57,591 nt of DNA. It comes from Candidatus Kapaibacterium sp. GTDB lineage: Bacteria > Bacteroidota > Ignavibacteria > Kapaibacteriales > WFXC01. The position numbers were made by a program, and so were the translations under genes. How positions within the stretch are numbered: position 1 is the stretch's first letter; each line of letters starts with the position of its first letter. The stretch covers positions 1-57,591 of the forward strand of contig JALWJX010000040.1 in the NCBI GenBank assembly GCA_026996895.1. The letters are read 5' to 3'. A model generated the notes under the pieces. The model did not search any database and was not told where the DNA came from. It saw only the letters and a list, made by a program, of their open reading frames with translations. Shown piece by piece: positions 21,501 through 30,415 of the stretch.

Positions 21501-24486
21501 TGACGGTCACGCTGTGCTCCACACTGCACCCTCTGGCATCGGTCACCGTCACGGTGTATTCGGTCGTTGCCTGTGGAAATGCTTCCGGCTGTGCTACGTT
21601 CGGATCGCTCAATCCAGTTGCCGGCGACCAACTGTAGCTGTACGGGGGTGTCCCGCCCTGCGCCTCCGCCCCGATCTGTACCGTATCCCCCTGACATACT
21701 TCCACATCGCTCAACGTGATCGTCGGCTTCGGATTGACCGTCACTGTCACACTCCCCTGTACCGAACACCCCTTTGCATCCGTCACTGTTACGGTGTATT
21801 CAGTCGTTGCCTGTGGAAATGCTTCCGGCTGTGCCACGTTCGGATCGCTCAATCCAGTTGCTGGCGACCAGCTATAGCTGTACGGCGGCGTCCCGCCCTG
21901 CGCTTCTGCTCCGATCCGTACCGTATCCCCCTGACAAATTTCCGCATTGCTCAATGTGATCGTCGGCTTCGGATTGACCGTCACCGTTACGGTCGCCTGC
22001 GTCGAACACCCTGCAGCATCGGTTACTGTCACTGTGTATACTGTCGTACTTTGCGGAAACGCCTCCGGCTGTGCCACGTTCGGATCGCTCAATCCAGTTG
22101 CTGGCGACCAGCTATAGCTGTACGGCGATGTCCCTCCGGACACGGTGACTCCGATTTGCACCGTGTCTCCCTGACAAATAGTCTGGTCGCTGGTGGTCAA
22201 CTGCATCGGCGGCGATACCGTGATGGTGATGGACGTACTGCCAGAGCAGCCGTCAGGCGTGGTGACAGTGACGGTATAGGTAATCGTCGATGGTGGCGTT
22301 GCCGTGGGATTGGGAACACTGGTACTACTGAGTCCCGTCGCCGGTGACCACGAATAGCTGGCACCAGAGGGTTGCGGCTGAACTTCCAGTTGCACGCTTT
22401 CACCAGCACAGATTTCCTGATCCGAAGCAGAAATGGTAAAGGATGCGCCAATCCCCAACTTGACAACAAAAGCGTCTTCCTCTCCGTTGAAGCTTTGATC
22501 GTAGGCACCGCTGGTGGTGGGGAAGTTCGATGAATATGTATAACCAGTTACGTACACGGCGCACCCGCTGGCAACAATTGATTTGCCCTCGTCATCCTGC
22601 GATCCTCCCAGAAATGTCGAATATGGCAACGCACTGCCATTGATGGTTAACTGAGCAATAAACACATCCTCACTCCCATTATGGGTTTGATCGTACGCAT
22701 TGGAGCTCGTAGGGAAGTTGGACGATGACGTTTTCCCCGTCAGATACACATACGAATCGGTGGTAAAACAATCCTCGGCAACTTCTTCGCTGCTCCCGCC
22801 AATGAATGTCCCCCACATTAACTGAGACGCTGAGTGATTGAGTCGAGCAACAGCCACATCTTTGTCCCCGTTGAAGCTCTGGTCATACGCCCCGCTGGTC
22901 GTTGGAAAATTGGAAGACTCGGTGCTACCTGCAACAATGATGGAGTTAGAGGGACCGGGTGCAATCGCATACGCCTCATCGCTACTGCTCCCGCCTACGA
23001 AGGTCGAGAAACTGAGCTGCGAACCGTTGCTATTGAGTGCTGTGACAAACCAGTCTTTGCTACCGTTGTGACTTTGATCATAGGCACCATTGGTTGTAGG
23101 AAAATCCGTGGATTTGGTATACCCGCAGACAATTGCCATTCCATTGCCTCGCAGCATTACATCGTGCGCCTCATCGTCGTCGTCTCCTCCCAGGAAAGTG
23201 CTGTATACCAAATTACTGCCGGCTGGATTGAGTCGCAGCACAAACGCATCTTCTTCCCCGTTATGATCCGTATCGTACGCCCCATTGGTCGTTGGGAAAT
23301 TGGAAGATTCAGTATAACCACACGCCACCGCTCGCCCGTTGTTGTCCACCGCAACGCCGGTACCGTAATCATTCTCGCTTCCTCCTACGTACGTGGCATA
23401 AAGCAAGGCACTGCCACTGCTATTCAGCTTTACCACAAACGCATCTTCTTCCCCATTGTGTGTCTGATCGTATGCACCGCTGGTCGTCGGAAAATCCGAA
23501 GACTCTGTGCTGCCCACCAGGTACAAATTGCCGCTGTTGTCCTGGGTCATTGCGCCCGGTTCGTCTCCCTCACTTCCACCGATGAACGTGGCAAAAATCA
23601 GACTGCTACCATTAGCATTGAGTTTCAACACAAAAACATCATCGTCACCATTGTGCGTCTGGTCGTATGCACCACTGGTTGTTGGAAAGTCGGCATCCTC
23701 CGTACTACCAGCGACAATAGCATTGCCATTGTTGTCCACCAAAATCGCTTTACCCTCATCAGAGGAATCCGTGCCAACAAAGGTGCTGTACACCAGTGGA
23801 TCTATCACAACGGGCGCATCTGATAGTGGCTGTGCCAGCGCAAATCGAAATCCATCCGGACGCTGTAGAAACTGCCCGTGGATGGGGATCGTGTCATTAG
23901 CCTGCAACTGAAACATTCGCGGCGGAGTGTGTCGAAAAACAGGCATAGATTGATACCGAAGCTCTAAGGTCCCATCTTCGAGCACTACCGCTTGCCACTG
24001 TTCTGGTAGCCGAAAAAGAAGGCGCTTAAGATGCTCTGGATGCTCAGCACGAATCCGGTATTCCAGTGCGCCGCTGGCAACCACCAGTTCGTACTCAACG
24101 CCAGCAGCAACACACCGAAGTCGCCGATAATGGAGGAGATTGCTCACCCACCGATCAGGGTCATTGCCCAAAAAGAAGTTCACCCTGCCCGCCATTGGCT
24201 GCTCCGCAAGGATTGTATCAACGGCTGCTGGAAGTTTCATCTCAAGAGGTGCCGGGGTCGTGTGCCCCCGGTTTCCATCCAGCAAGGCATCTGAGCCGGA
24301 GCGGGCGGGGAAAAACACCCACCGATCTGGAAAAATCCACACCGTATATCCCTCCGTAACCAGAACGTACCGGACAGACGCGTCCCATTGCCCACGGTTC
24401 GGAATAAAGCCAAGATGCTGCCACTGCCCCCACAGCGGAAGGAGCAGGCTGGAAAACAGGAGAAACACCAGGAAGCGATTTTTCAT
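18520..24486 (-). CDS. Large T9SS-secreted adhesin-like protein: N-terminal domain, 7 SBBP-type propeller repeats, Ig/PKD-like repeats, ASH/choice-of-anchor-D-like repeats, CTD
   Basis: Signal peptide; FIPNRGQW...IDP N-domain; 7x FPTxxxAYDxxxNG; 4x YSWSPATGLS; repeated DFG...V.N.G Ig-like domains; PNP...LSSGTYFLR...LLIVR CTD. Confidence 0.88.
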   Translation of the reverse strand: MKNRFLVFLLFSSLLLPLWGQWQHLGFIPNRGQWDASVRYVLVTEGYTVWIFPDRWVFFPARSGSDALLDGNRGHTTPAPLEMKLPAAVDTILAEQPMAGRVNFFLGNDPDRWVSNLLHYRRLRCVAAGVEYELVVASGALEYRIRAEHPEHLKRLLFRLPEQWQAVVLEDGTLELRYQSMPVFRHTPPRMFQLQANDTIPIHGQFLQRPDGFRFALAQPLSDAPVVIDPLVYSTFVGTDSSDEGKAILVDNNGNAIVAGSTEDADFPTTSGAYDQTHNGDDDVFVLKLNANGSSLIFATFIGGSEGDEPGAMTQDNSGNLYLVGSTESSDFPTTSGAYDQTHNGEEDAFVVKLNSSGSALLYATYVGGSENDYGTGVAVDNNGRAVACGYTESSNFPTTNGAYDTDHNGEEDAFVLRLNPAGSNLVYSTFLGGDDDDEAHDVMLRGNGMAIVCGYTKSTDFPTTNGAYDQSHNGSKDWFVTALNSNGSQLSFSTFVGGSSSDEAYAIAPGPSNSIIVAGSTESSNFPTTSGAYDQSFNGDKDVAVARLNHSASQLMWGTFIGGSSEEVAEDCFTTDSYVYLTGKTSSSNFPTSSNAYDQTHNGSEDVFIAQLTINGSALPYSTFLGGSQDDEGKSIVASGCAVYVTGYTYSSNFPTTSGAYDQSFNGEEDAFVVKLGIGASFTISASDQEICAGESVQLEVQPQPSGASYSWSPATGLSSTSVPNPTATPPSTITYTVTVTTPDGCSGSTSITITVSPPMQLTTSDQTICQGDTVQIGVTVSGGTSPYSYSWSPATGLSDPNVAQPEAFPQSTTVYTVTVTDAAGCSTQATVTVTVNPKPTITLSNAEICQGDTVRIGAEAQGGTPPYSYSWSPATGLSDPNVAQPEAFPQATTEYTVTVTDAKGCSVQGSVTVTVNPKPTITLSDVEVCQGDTVQIGAEAQGGTPPYSYSWSPATGLSDPNVAQPEAFPQATTEYTVTVTDARGCSVEHSVTVTVIPQPQITTSVDALDFGALGGCSPSADTTVVVTNSGQSAVTLTAVEVPSPHFSYTAPALPISIPAGQSVTLHFRYSPQTVGTHTAPVYLRFEPCEFRDTLELSGEKTEITVALSHSAVEFPPMPECELQTMDTTVILRNSGSEPLQITSITVPTPFSLVSPASLPVTVPAYDSIALVFRYAPTQAGRYAANVPIGFRSANCDAELQLTLRGTVTSVAVQASLDAIDFGTILGCEEARDTVIFIENQGETPISITGISSSDPAFQPVMSGSGQVAPGEQLAVTIRFSPSGSGHFQGTVQLSYEPCNGVITIPVEGNKEGVLFVAPDTVEFETLVLCADTLATETVNLHNLSGGAISGTITDVSITPPFATSLQPGTTIAAGDSLPFTITFHATAPGHYTGELVIRLSPCDVEKRILLVGDAVDAQLQAALTVVDFGTVDFGNTATAEVAVVNTGGVSLEVSEFAGLQPPFTIVSPALPVTVEPGDTLWITVALDGNQSGTFEDTLIVRSSDPCDLAVSIALQGTVGQRPNIGVAVCDRDFGVVLVGDSRDDTVCVRNTGRLSLRILQMEWVQNPDGVFQLLSNPQGTDVAPDQQQAVWVRFTPQAEQQYEGVIRVTLDTGYTTLKDPPPSIQVLEAYITVRGRGIAPGLQATGIDFGQVPIFHSRVDSIVIANTGSVAVTITELSWSANPQSVFALDSTVASTFTLPPKSELSIPISFVPTAEQPYQGTLRIIPSSGDPVEVSISGVGVASHTIIALPQRIEVEPKDRGVRIPVALLSTQQDQRIFQMVAPVTFTATVRWDARLFHLQNVVGATVQNFEVQPDGQAEATITKTFEALDSDSLVVCELVGDILLGPADSVQMLFTAYQWGDPAVLVQPRNGEMLLTNICTQGGKRLLDFKDLFGINVSPNPSSAQAVRVTIYAVEKAASVFQVVTPRGEVVFEQRFAAEDIPEAEPGRAAQLQIQLPPILSSGTYFLRFRSPAREAVTTLLIVR
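21500..22200. repeat. Intragenic tandem repeat, 240 nt (80 aa) period, about 3 near-identical copies
   Basis: CGGATCGCTCAATCCAGTTG recurs at 21601, 21841 and 22081. Confidence 0.92.
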
Positions 24487-24692
24487 CAATCTATCCCTTT
24501 GTTTGTTAAACTCTCACAACCACCGAACAACAATTGCCTGCGAAATCCCCGAAAAATGCTGCTACAAGATGACGTTGTTGCATCGTTCCCATCTTCCCTT
24601 CTTCATTTCCTCAATCTGAGAGCAATAACCCACAGCGGCAAAAAACGTTTCCGGATTCCGGAGATCGAACTCCGATAGACAGAGCGCCGGGA

Positions 24693-24786
24693 TCATAAAG
24701 CGCCCTTCAGATCGAAAAGGAGGAGTGCGACGGGCGGGTCCATCGGTTGCGGTTTTCCCTCATAAAGCACCCTTCAGATCAAAAAG
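24693..24786. repeat. Direct repeat pair, 27 nt, 67 nt period
   Basis: TCATAAAGCGCCCTTCAGATCGAAAAG (24693) vs TCATAAAGCACCCTTCAGATCAAAAAG (24760), 25/27 identical. Confidence 0.85.
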
Positions 24787-24993
24787 AGGTCCGGTGCTCA
24801 GCGCATCCCGACTGTCTGCGGAAGAAATGACAACAGTCTCACCAGTGATTTTCCCTGCGTCCCACTCCATTTTTGTCCCCTAATGCCCCAGTAGCAGGAA
24901 TGTCCTACCTTTGTGCCGCTGAGGAGGGAACAGTCCCCTCACTATCGACTGATTTTGCTAAACCCCGATGGGCGGATTGCCGCAAGGTCTTTG

Positions 24994-27900
24994 CTATGGT
25001 CCTATTTTCACCAGCCGGCTCTGCGTCCCATTGGCGGTTACGACCGATACAAGATACGTCCCGGCTGACAAAGTATGCGGTAACGGGATCGCTACCGTTT
25101 GCACCCCGCTGATGCCAGCAGAAATGTGATGTTTCGCTACCGTGCGTCCCAGGAGATCCGCGATAACGATGGTGGCATCTCCCGGCGTCGACAGGTGCAC
25201 TCCAATCTGGAGCTGGCGACCGTGCTGGTGCACATAGAGAATCTCAACAGTCGCCGGGGACACACTCATTGCTCCGGACCGTACCGAGGTAGCAGGACGC
25301 GACCCCTGACGGAACATTATGCTGACCGATGCCCCACCCAGCACGCCCTGCACATTGCCGGCTGGCGTAATTTTATCGGCTCCAACAGGAACAACCGCAA
25401 AGACGTAGTCGTCATTGATATCCAGCGTTGTAAATCCAATCGCTCGATCATCGGGTGAATAATCAGGAAATCCCAGGACCGGTACATTCTGGACCAGCAG
25501 GTTCACCTGTTGTGTTTCCAGGTTGGCAGCAGCGATATAAAAATTCTGGTTGACCATATCCACCAGTTCAAACGTGATGATGTACGGCGAATTGCTGGCA
25601 TACGAAGGATTTCCAACGCTGATCGTTTCAGGAAACGGCGGCAATGCCCGCTGCACAATGCCGCTCCCAAACGTCTGCTGCGCAGGATTCCACGCATCCA
25701 GTATCCCGATATCCCAATACTCGACTGTATCTCCCCACTCCGTAACCATCGCATTCAGCATATCGAAGAGCACAAATCGCCCATCATAACTCCACTGAAT
25801 CGCATCGGGATAGAGCGCTGTTGACGGCTGAGCACCGGCGTAATCCGGAGTATAAATCTGGAACTGCTTCACCGGTGCCGGATCCTGCGTTAAATCCGCA
25901 ATATAGATGTAAGGCTCTGCATAAATGCTGGTCGCAGCCAGGCGTTGTCCATCTGCAGAAATTGCAACGCTGCCCCAAACAGGGTCGCTGCTTAAAATCG
26001 CTTCCTGCAAATTATTCGGATCAAGACTGACAGCGTGCAGGGTTTGATCACCAGCAACAAAGAGCGCAATGGTTCCATCATCCGTCAGCGTAGGCCGCCC
26101 AATCAACCCACTCTGTGAAACAACATACTGCTGGTTCTGAAGATCGGTCAACACCAGCGCTTCAAGATCCGGAGCGTACGCCAGGATCCAATCTTTCCCC
26201 TGTACAGGGGGTAAATCTTTCGGACCGCCGCCACCGCCACCGGAATCGAAAATTTCCACTGCGTCGAACGCCTGCCGTGCCGCCTGCGCTTCCTGCCCGT
26301 TGCCATAAAGATCAATGGCTGCCTGGATCACTGCCCGCCGGAGGTCCACAAACTTCGAGGAGCGGGTCAAATATGTCGTCAGCGCTCGATAGTAGATTTT
26401 CTCTGTTTTTTCTCGCCCAATAGCCGTTGCAATCAGGTAGCAGGCGTGGTTCGGAATCCCGCTGTTAATGTGCACCCCGCCATTATCTCCTTCCGGCGTT
26501 TCCGGTAGCGTGACATATTCGCTCATCTTTGCCGGCTGCCAGTACGGATCCTGTGGGCCACTCCCACCATTGTGGGGATCAGCGAAATTCCGCATAGCAC
26601 CGGACGGAAAGTACTGCGGCTTCACCACATCTTCGCCGACCAGCCAATCATCGCGATCGACCATCACTCCAAACACGTCCGCCATCGATTCATTGATTGC
26701 CCCCGATTGGCTCAGGTAGATCAAATTCGCCGTGTGCTCAATTACTCCGTGCGTCATCTCGTGGGCTGCAACATCCAGGCCGCGTGCCAGCGGATGGAAA
26801 ATCTGCCCCCCATCACCGTACGCCATCACTTTCCCATTCCAGAACGCATTCGCCATCGACTGCCCGTTGTGGGTAACGTGGATGACGCTCAGCATTGTCC
26901 CTCCATTACCATCGATGGAGTTCCGCTGATGGGTGGTGTAGTAATAAGTGTACGTCACTCCCGCATTGTAATGCGCTGAAACAGCAGCAGGATCACTCCA
27001 CGTGTTGTTCGGTGAAACAATGTGATAAATGGTTTCCAGATCCGTGTTGTTCGCATTTAGCGTTAAAATTGCTCCGACAGGATTGTTCGGCAATTGCGAT
27101 CGCTGGGGATCAAACATCGGGCGGGAAGCATCCAGCAAATAATACGTGCCTCCCAGTTGGTACGTATGAATCGTCCGGGTTTGCCCCAGTAAATCCTGTG
27201 CTTGCGCTGTCGCCGGTCCGTCGAAATGGGTATTCCGATAGGCGAAAACAAGTTTCCCCGTGTGAGCAGAGACAAAATACTCCCATCGATCCCAGCCAGC
27301 ATACGCCGTCGCATGCCAGACCAGATGCCACTTCTCAGGATCTTCCCGATCGGGGAACCACTGGAGTCGTACCGTGTCGACCATCAGCGACTGGTTCCCG
27401 GCAACCTGTTTCAGCAATTTTGGCACCTCGCTCTGCGAAATAGCTGGTTGCGCATCCAGTTTCGCCGCAGGCGTTGGATGGATCCGCGCTGTCAGCGCAT
27501 ACACACGACCACCCGCATCAAAGTGCAGAATGAGTTCACTGCCCCATACCGGAATTCCCTGATAGTGCTGCTCAGCTCGAATATGGGTCGTTTCCAGCGC
27601 ATCGCGCCAATAACGGAAAATGTGGAATTCTTTCTCTGGTTGCCGAATCCCCAGCACCGGTGCTAAAAACTGCAGCGATCGATAAAAAGCAACGGCATAT
27701 TCTGCTGGAGAGGTGAGTGAAAACTGAAAGGGTACAATCTGCGTACCAGCAATCCAGTACGGAACTCGCTGCAAAGGGTCATACCACAACGATATGCGGC
27801 GCTGCAAAGAAGCTAACTGCATAATGCCCCGACGCTGCAATGGCGTTAACAACGTGGAAAGCGTCCCGTGCAATCGAACCGGTGCATTATCAAAGGAGGC

Positions 27901-28029
27901 GATCGATATATGCTGCAATGCCGGTCGTTGCTGCGCCGACTGTTTCCGCTGGTGCGACTTTCCCCAGCCGATACCGAAGCTGAGCAACCCAATCATCAGA
28001 CCCACTGCAAAACGTCGCTGCCACCGCAT
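24994..28029 (-). CDS. M4 (thermolysin-family) metallopeptidase with propeptide, C-terminal propeller-like domain and T9SS CTD
   Basis: NAFWNG, HEMTH (HExxH), NESMAD, GGVHINSG; FTP/PepSY-like propeptide; DLLGR...LSAGTYLV...RLVKI CTD. Confidence 0.93.
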   Translation of the reverse strand: MRWQRRFAVGLMIGLLSFGIGWGKSHQRKQSAQQRPALQHISIASFDNAPVRLHGTLSTLLTPLQRRGIMQLASLQRRISLWYDPLQRVPYWIAGTQIVPFQFSLTSPAEYAVAFYRSLQFLAPVLGIRQPEKEFHIFRYWRDALETTHIRAEQHYQGIPVWGSELILHFDAGGRVYALTARIHPTPAAKLDAQPAISQSEVPKLLKQVAGNQSLMVDTVRLQWFPDREDPEKWHLVWHATAYAGWDRWEYFVSAHTGKLVFAYRNTHFDGPATAQAQDLLGQTRTIHTYQLGGTYYLLDASRPMFDPQRSQLPNNPVGAILTLNANNTDLETIYHIVSPNNTWSDPAAVSAHYNAGVTYTYYYTTHQRNSIDGNGGTMLSVIHVTHNGQSMANAFWNGKVMAYGDGGQIFHPLARGLDVAAHEMTHGVIEHTANLIYLSQSGAINESMADVFGVMVDRDDWLVGEDVVKPQYFPSGAMRNFADPHNGGSGPQDPYWQPAKMSEYVTLPETPEGDNGGVHINSGIPNHACYLIATAIGREKTEKIYYRALTTYLTRSSKFVDLRRAVIQAAIDLYGNGQEAQAARQAFDAVEIFDSGGGGGGPKDLPPVQGKDWILAYAPDLEALVLTDLQNQQYVVSQSGLIGRPTLTDDGTIALFVAGDQTLHAVSLDPNNLQEAILSSDPVWGSVAISADGQRLAATSIYAEPYIYIADLTQDPAPVKQFQIYTPDYAGAQPSTALYPDAIQWSYDGRFVLFDMLNAMVTEWGDTVEYWDIGILDAWNPAQQTFGSGIVQRALPPFPETISVGNPSYASNSPYIITFELVDMVNQNFYIAAANLETQQVNLLVQNVPVLGFPDYSPDDRAIGFTTLDINDDYVFAVVPVGADKITPAGNVQGVLGGASVSIMFRQGSRPATSVRSGAMSVSPATVEILYVHQHGRQLQIGVHLSTPGDATIVIADLLGRTVAKHHISAGISGVQTVAIPLPHTLSAGTYLVSVVTANGTQSRLVKIGP

Positions 28030-28062
28030 TTTCCAGCCTCCTTCTGTTGTTCAACACTTTCT

Positions 28063-28500
28063 TTATTGACCACTCTGCTGCTGTTGCTGTGCAAAGTTTC
28101 TGATATCCTGATAGAACTGCCAGACCGCTGCTGGAATTTGCTGCGGATCCGTCCATTGTATCCGGAGCGTATCCCCAGCCTTCCGGTACTGCAACCAATA
28201 CTGATAGTTGCCAGTTTCTCGAATCCGGAGCCCCTGCAGATGCAATGAATCCGCCCGCTGGAACCATTGAGCAACGTGTTCCCTGGGAATATGCGTCACC
28301 GTATCGATGGTGCGATGCAACCGCTGCTGCTGCCAATGGAGCAAGACCCCGGTCCCCCACAGTTGATACCCTGTGTAGATGCCCATTACACCGCCACCTT
28401 CGCCGATTTCCAGAAAAGCATCAGGAGAGGGTTGTGAGGTTACATCCGAGGATCGGCAACTCAAGAGAAGCAGGAGAGCAGCACTCAACATCCACCGCAT
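28063..28500 (-). CDS. Small lipoprotein, candidate M4 protease inhibitor
   Basis: MRWMLSAALLLLLSC lipobox; GEGGGVMG motif; ends 33 nt before the co-oriented M4 gene. Confidence 0.7.
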   Translation of the reverse strand: MRWMLSAALLLLLSCRSSDVTSQPSPDAFLEIGEGGGVMGIYTGYQLWGTGVLLHWQQQRLHRTIDTVTHIPREHVAQWFQRADSLHLQGLRIRETGNYQYWLQYRKAGDTLRIQWTDPQQIPAAVWQFYQDIRNFAQQQQQSGQ

Positions 28501-28575
28501 TGTTCCAGCCGGAGCCTGTCCGTCAAATTTCAGAAGAAAAGACGTTTAGCCTTGCGCGCTTAGTGATAGCCAGGT

Positions 28576-28668
28576 AAGCAACGCCGTATCTAAGCAGAAT
28601 GCGGCACCGCCAAATCTTGTCGTATCTCACGCTGTTCCTCCAAGCAACGCTGTATCTCAGCAGGATGC
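28576..28668. repeat. Direct repeat pair, 27 nt, 66 nt period
   Basis: AAGCAACGCCGTATCTAAGCAGAATGC (28576) vs AAGCAACGCTGTATCTCAGCAGGATGC (28642), 24/27; partial CGTATCTCA at 28621. Confidence 0.8.
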
Positions 28669-28705
28669 TGGATTCTCTCCTGCCACCTTTCCGGTAGGGT
28701 TTCAG

Positions 28706-28713
28706 TATCTTTG
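28706..28713 (+). promoter_or_regulatory. Bacteroidota-type -7 promoter box for ade
   Basis: TATCTTTG, 36 nt upstream of ATG 28750. Confidence 0.5.
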
Positions 28714-28749
28714 CACTGGAAACAAGTACAATCAACGCCGGGGGCACTG

Positions 28750-30393
28750 ATGGAAGAATTTACAATTGCGGGCAATATTGTGGACATTGTACAGCGGCGC
28801 ATTTATCCCGGAACGCTGAAAATCAAAGATGCAACGATTGTGCAAATTCAACTGGAACCTTCAACGGTGTACGATCGCTACATCATTCCCGGATTTGTCG
28901 ACGCACACGTTCACATCGAAAGCTCGATGCTGGTTCCCAGTGAGTTTGCCCGATATGCAACCATCCACGGTACAGTGGCAACCGTTTCCGATCCTCACGA
29001 AATTGGCAATGTACTGGGGATCGACGGCGTCCGATATATGATCCACAACGGTTCGTACGTGCCCTTCCACTTCTGCTTCGGCGCTCCTTCCTGCGTACCG
29101 GCTACTCGATTTGAAACAGCAGGCGCTGAAATCACTGCGGAGGACATCGAAAAACTTTTCGTTGAAGATGGGCTGAGCTACCTCAGCGAGGTAATGAACT
29201 ATCCCGGTGTTTTGCACCGCGATCCGGAAGTGATGCGGAAAATCGAGATTGCTCAACGATTGGGAAAACGCATCGATGGCCATGCTCCCGGCTTACGGGG
29301 CGAAGAGGCAAAGCAATACGCCGCCGCTGGTATCGAAACCGATCACGAATGTTTTTCCTACGAAGAGGCGGTCGACAAGATCCGGGCGGGAATGAAAATT
29401 TTGATTCGGGAGGGTTCAGCAGCAAAAAATTACGACGCCCTGATCCCACTGGTTGAAAAGTATGCAGACAAACTGATGTTCTGTAGCGATGATAAACACC
29501 CCGACGATCTGCTTCGAGGTCACATCAACACCCTGGTGCGCCGAACGGTCAAGGAGCACAATGTGCATCCCATCACAGCACTGCAGATTGCTACCCTTCA
29601 TCCGGTGCAGCACTACGGATTAGATGTAGGTTTGCTCCAGATTGGCGATCCAGCCGACTTCCTGATTGTGGACGACCTGTACGAATTCAATGTGCTGGCA
29701 ACTTACATTCGGGGACGGAAAGTTGCAGAAAACGGCAAAACACTGCTGCCACACATCGAAGCTGACACAGTCAACAACTTTGCTGCCCATCCAATCCAAC
29801 CCGAAGCGCTGCAGGTTCCGGCGACCTGCGAGCATATCCGGGTGATCGAAGCCATCGACGGCGAGCTGATCACCAGAGAGAACATTGTGCCTGCTCCTAT
29901 CAAAAAAGGGCTCATTGTCTCAGATCCAAAGAATGACATCCTCAAGATCGTTGTGGTTAACCGCTATGCTGATGCCCCACCCGCAATTGGATTTATTCGC
30001 AACTTTGGACTCAAGCGAGGAGCGATCGCTTCATCGGTTGCGCACGACTCACACAATATCGTTGCTGTTGGCGTGCGCGACGAAGAAATCGCCAACGCTA
30101 TCAATGCCATCATCGAACACCGCGGCGGTATTGCCACTGCGCTCCAGGATCACACAGAAGTGTTGCCACTACCCGTCGCCGGTTTGATGGCAACCGATGA
30201 GGGCGAAACGGTTGCAAAGCGATACAGCAGTATGGATAAATTCGCCAGGCAAACGCTGGGCTCTTCCCTGCAGGCACCCTTTATGACCCTGTCTTTTATG
30301 GCATTACTGGTGATCCCCTCGCTCAAACTCAGTGATCAGGGACTATTCAACGGGGATCAATTCTCATTCGTCAAACTGTGCGTGGAGACGTAA
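28750..30393 (+). CDS. ade: Adenine deaminase
   Basis: PGFVDAHVHIESS, DPHEIGNV, DGHAPG, TDHEC, REGSAAKN, SDDKH, AHDSHN. Confidence 0.95.
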   Translation: MEEFTIAGNIVDIVQRRIYPGTLKIKDATIVQIQLEPSTVYDRYIIPGFVDAHVHIESSMLVPSEFARYATIHGTVATVSDPHEIGNVLGIDGVRYMIHNGSYVPFHFCFGAPSCVPATRFETAGAEITAEDIEKLFVEDGLSYLSEVMNYPGVLHRDPEVMRKIEIAQRLGKRIDGHAPGLRGEEAKQYAAAGIETDHECFSYEEAVDKIRAGMKILIREGSAAKNYDALIPLVEKYADKLMFCSDDKHPDDLLRGHINTLVRRTVKEHNVHPITALQIATLHPVQHYGLDVGLLQIGDPADFLIVDDLYEFNVLATYIRGRKVAENGKTLLPHIEADTVNNFAAHPIQPEALQVPATCEHIRVIEAIDGELITRENIVPAPIKKGLIVSDPKNDILKIVVVNRYADAPPAIGFIRNFGLKRGAIASSVAHDSHNIVAVGVRDEEIANAINAIIEHRGGIATALQDHTEVLPLPVAGLMATDEGETVAKRYSSMDKFARQTLGSSLQAPFMTLSFMALLVIPSLKLSDQGLFNGDQFSFVKLCVET

Positions 30394-30415
30394 GCAGAGG
30401 AACCGTTCTATCAGG

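Noticed and set aside
24906-24913. TACCTTTG promoter box on the + strand pointing antisense into the M4 gene
   Set aside because: No correctly spaced -33 element; a motif with six fixed bases is expected by chance
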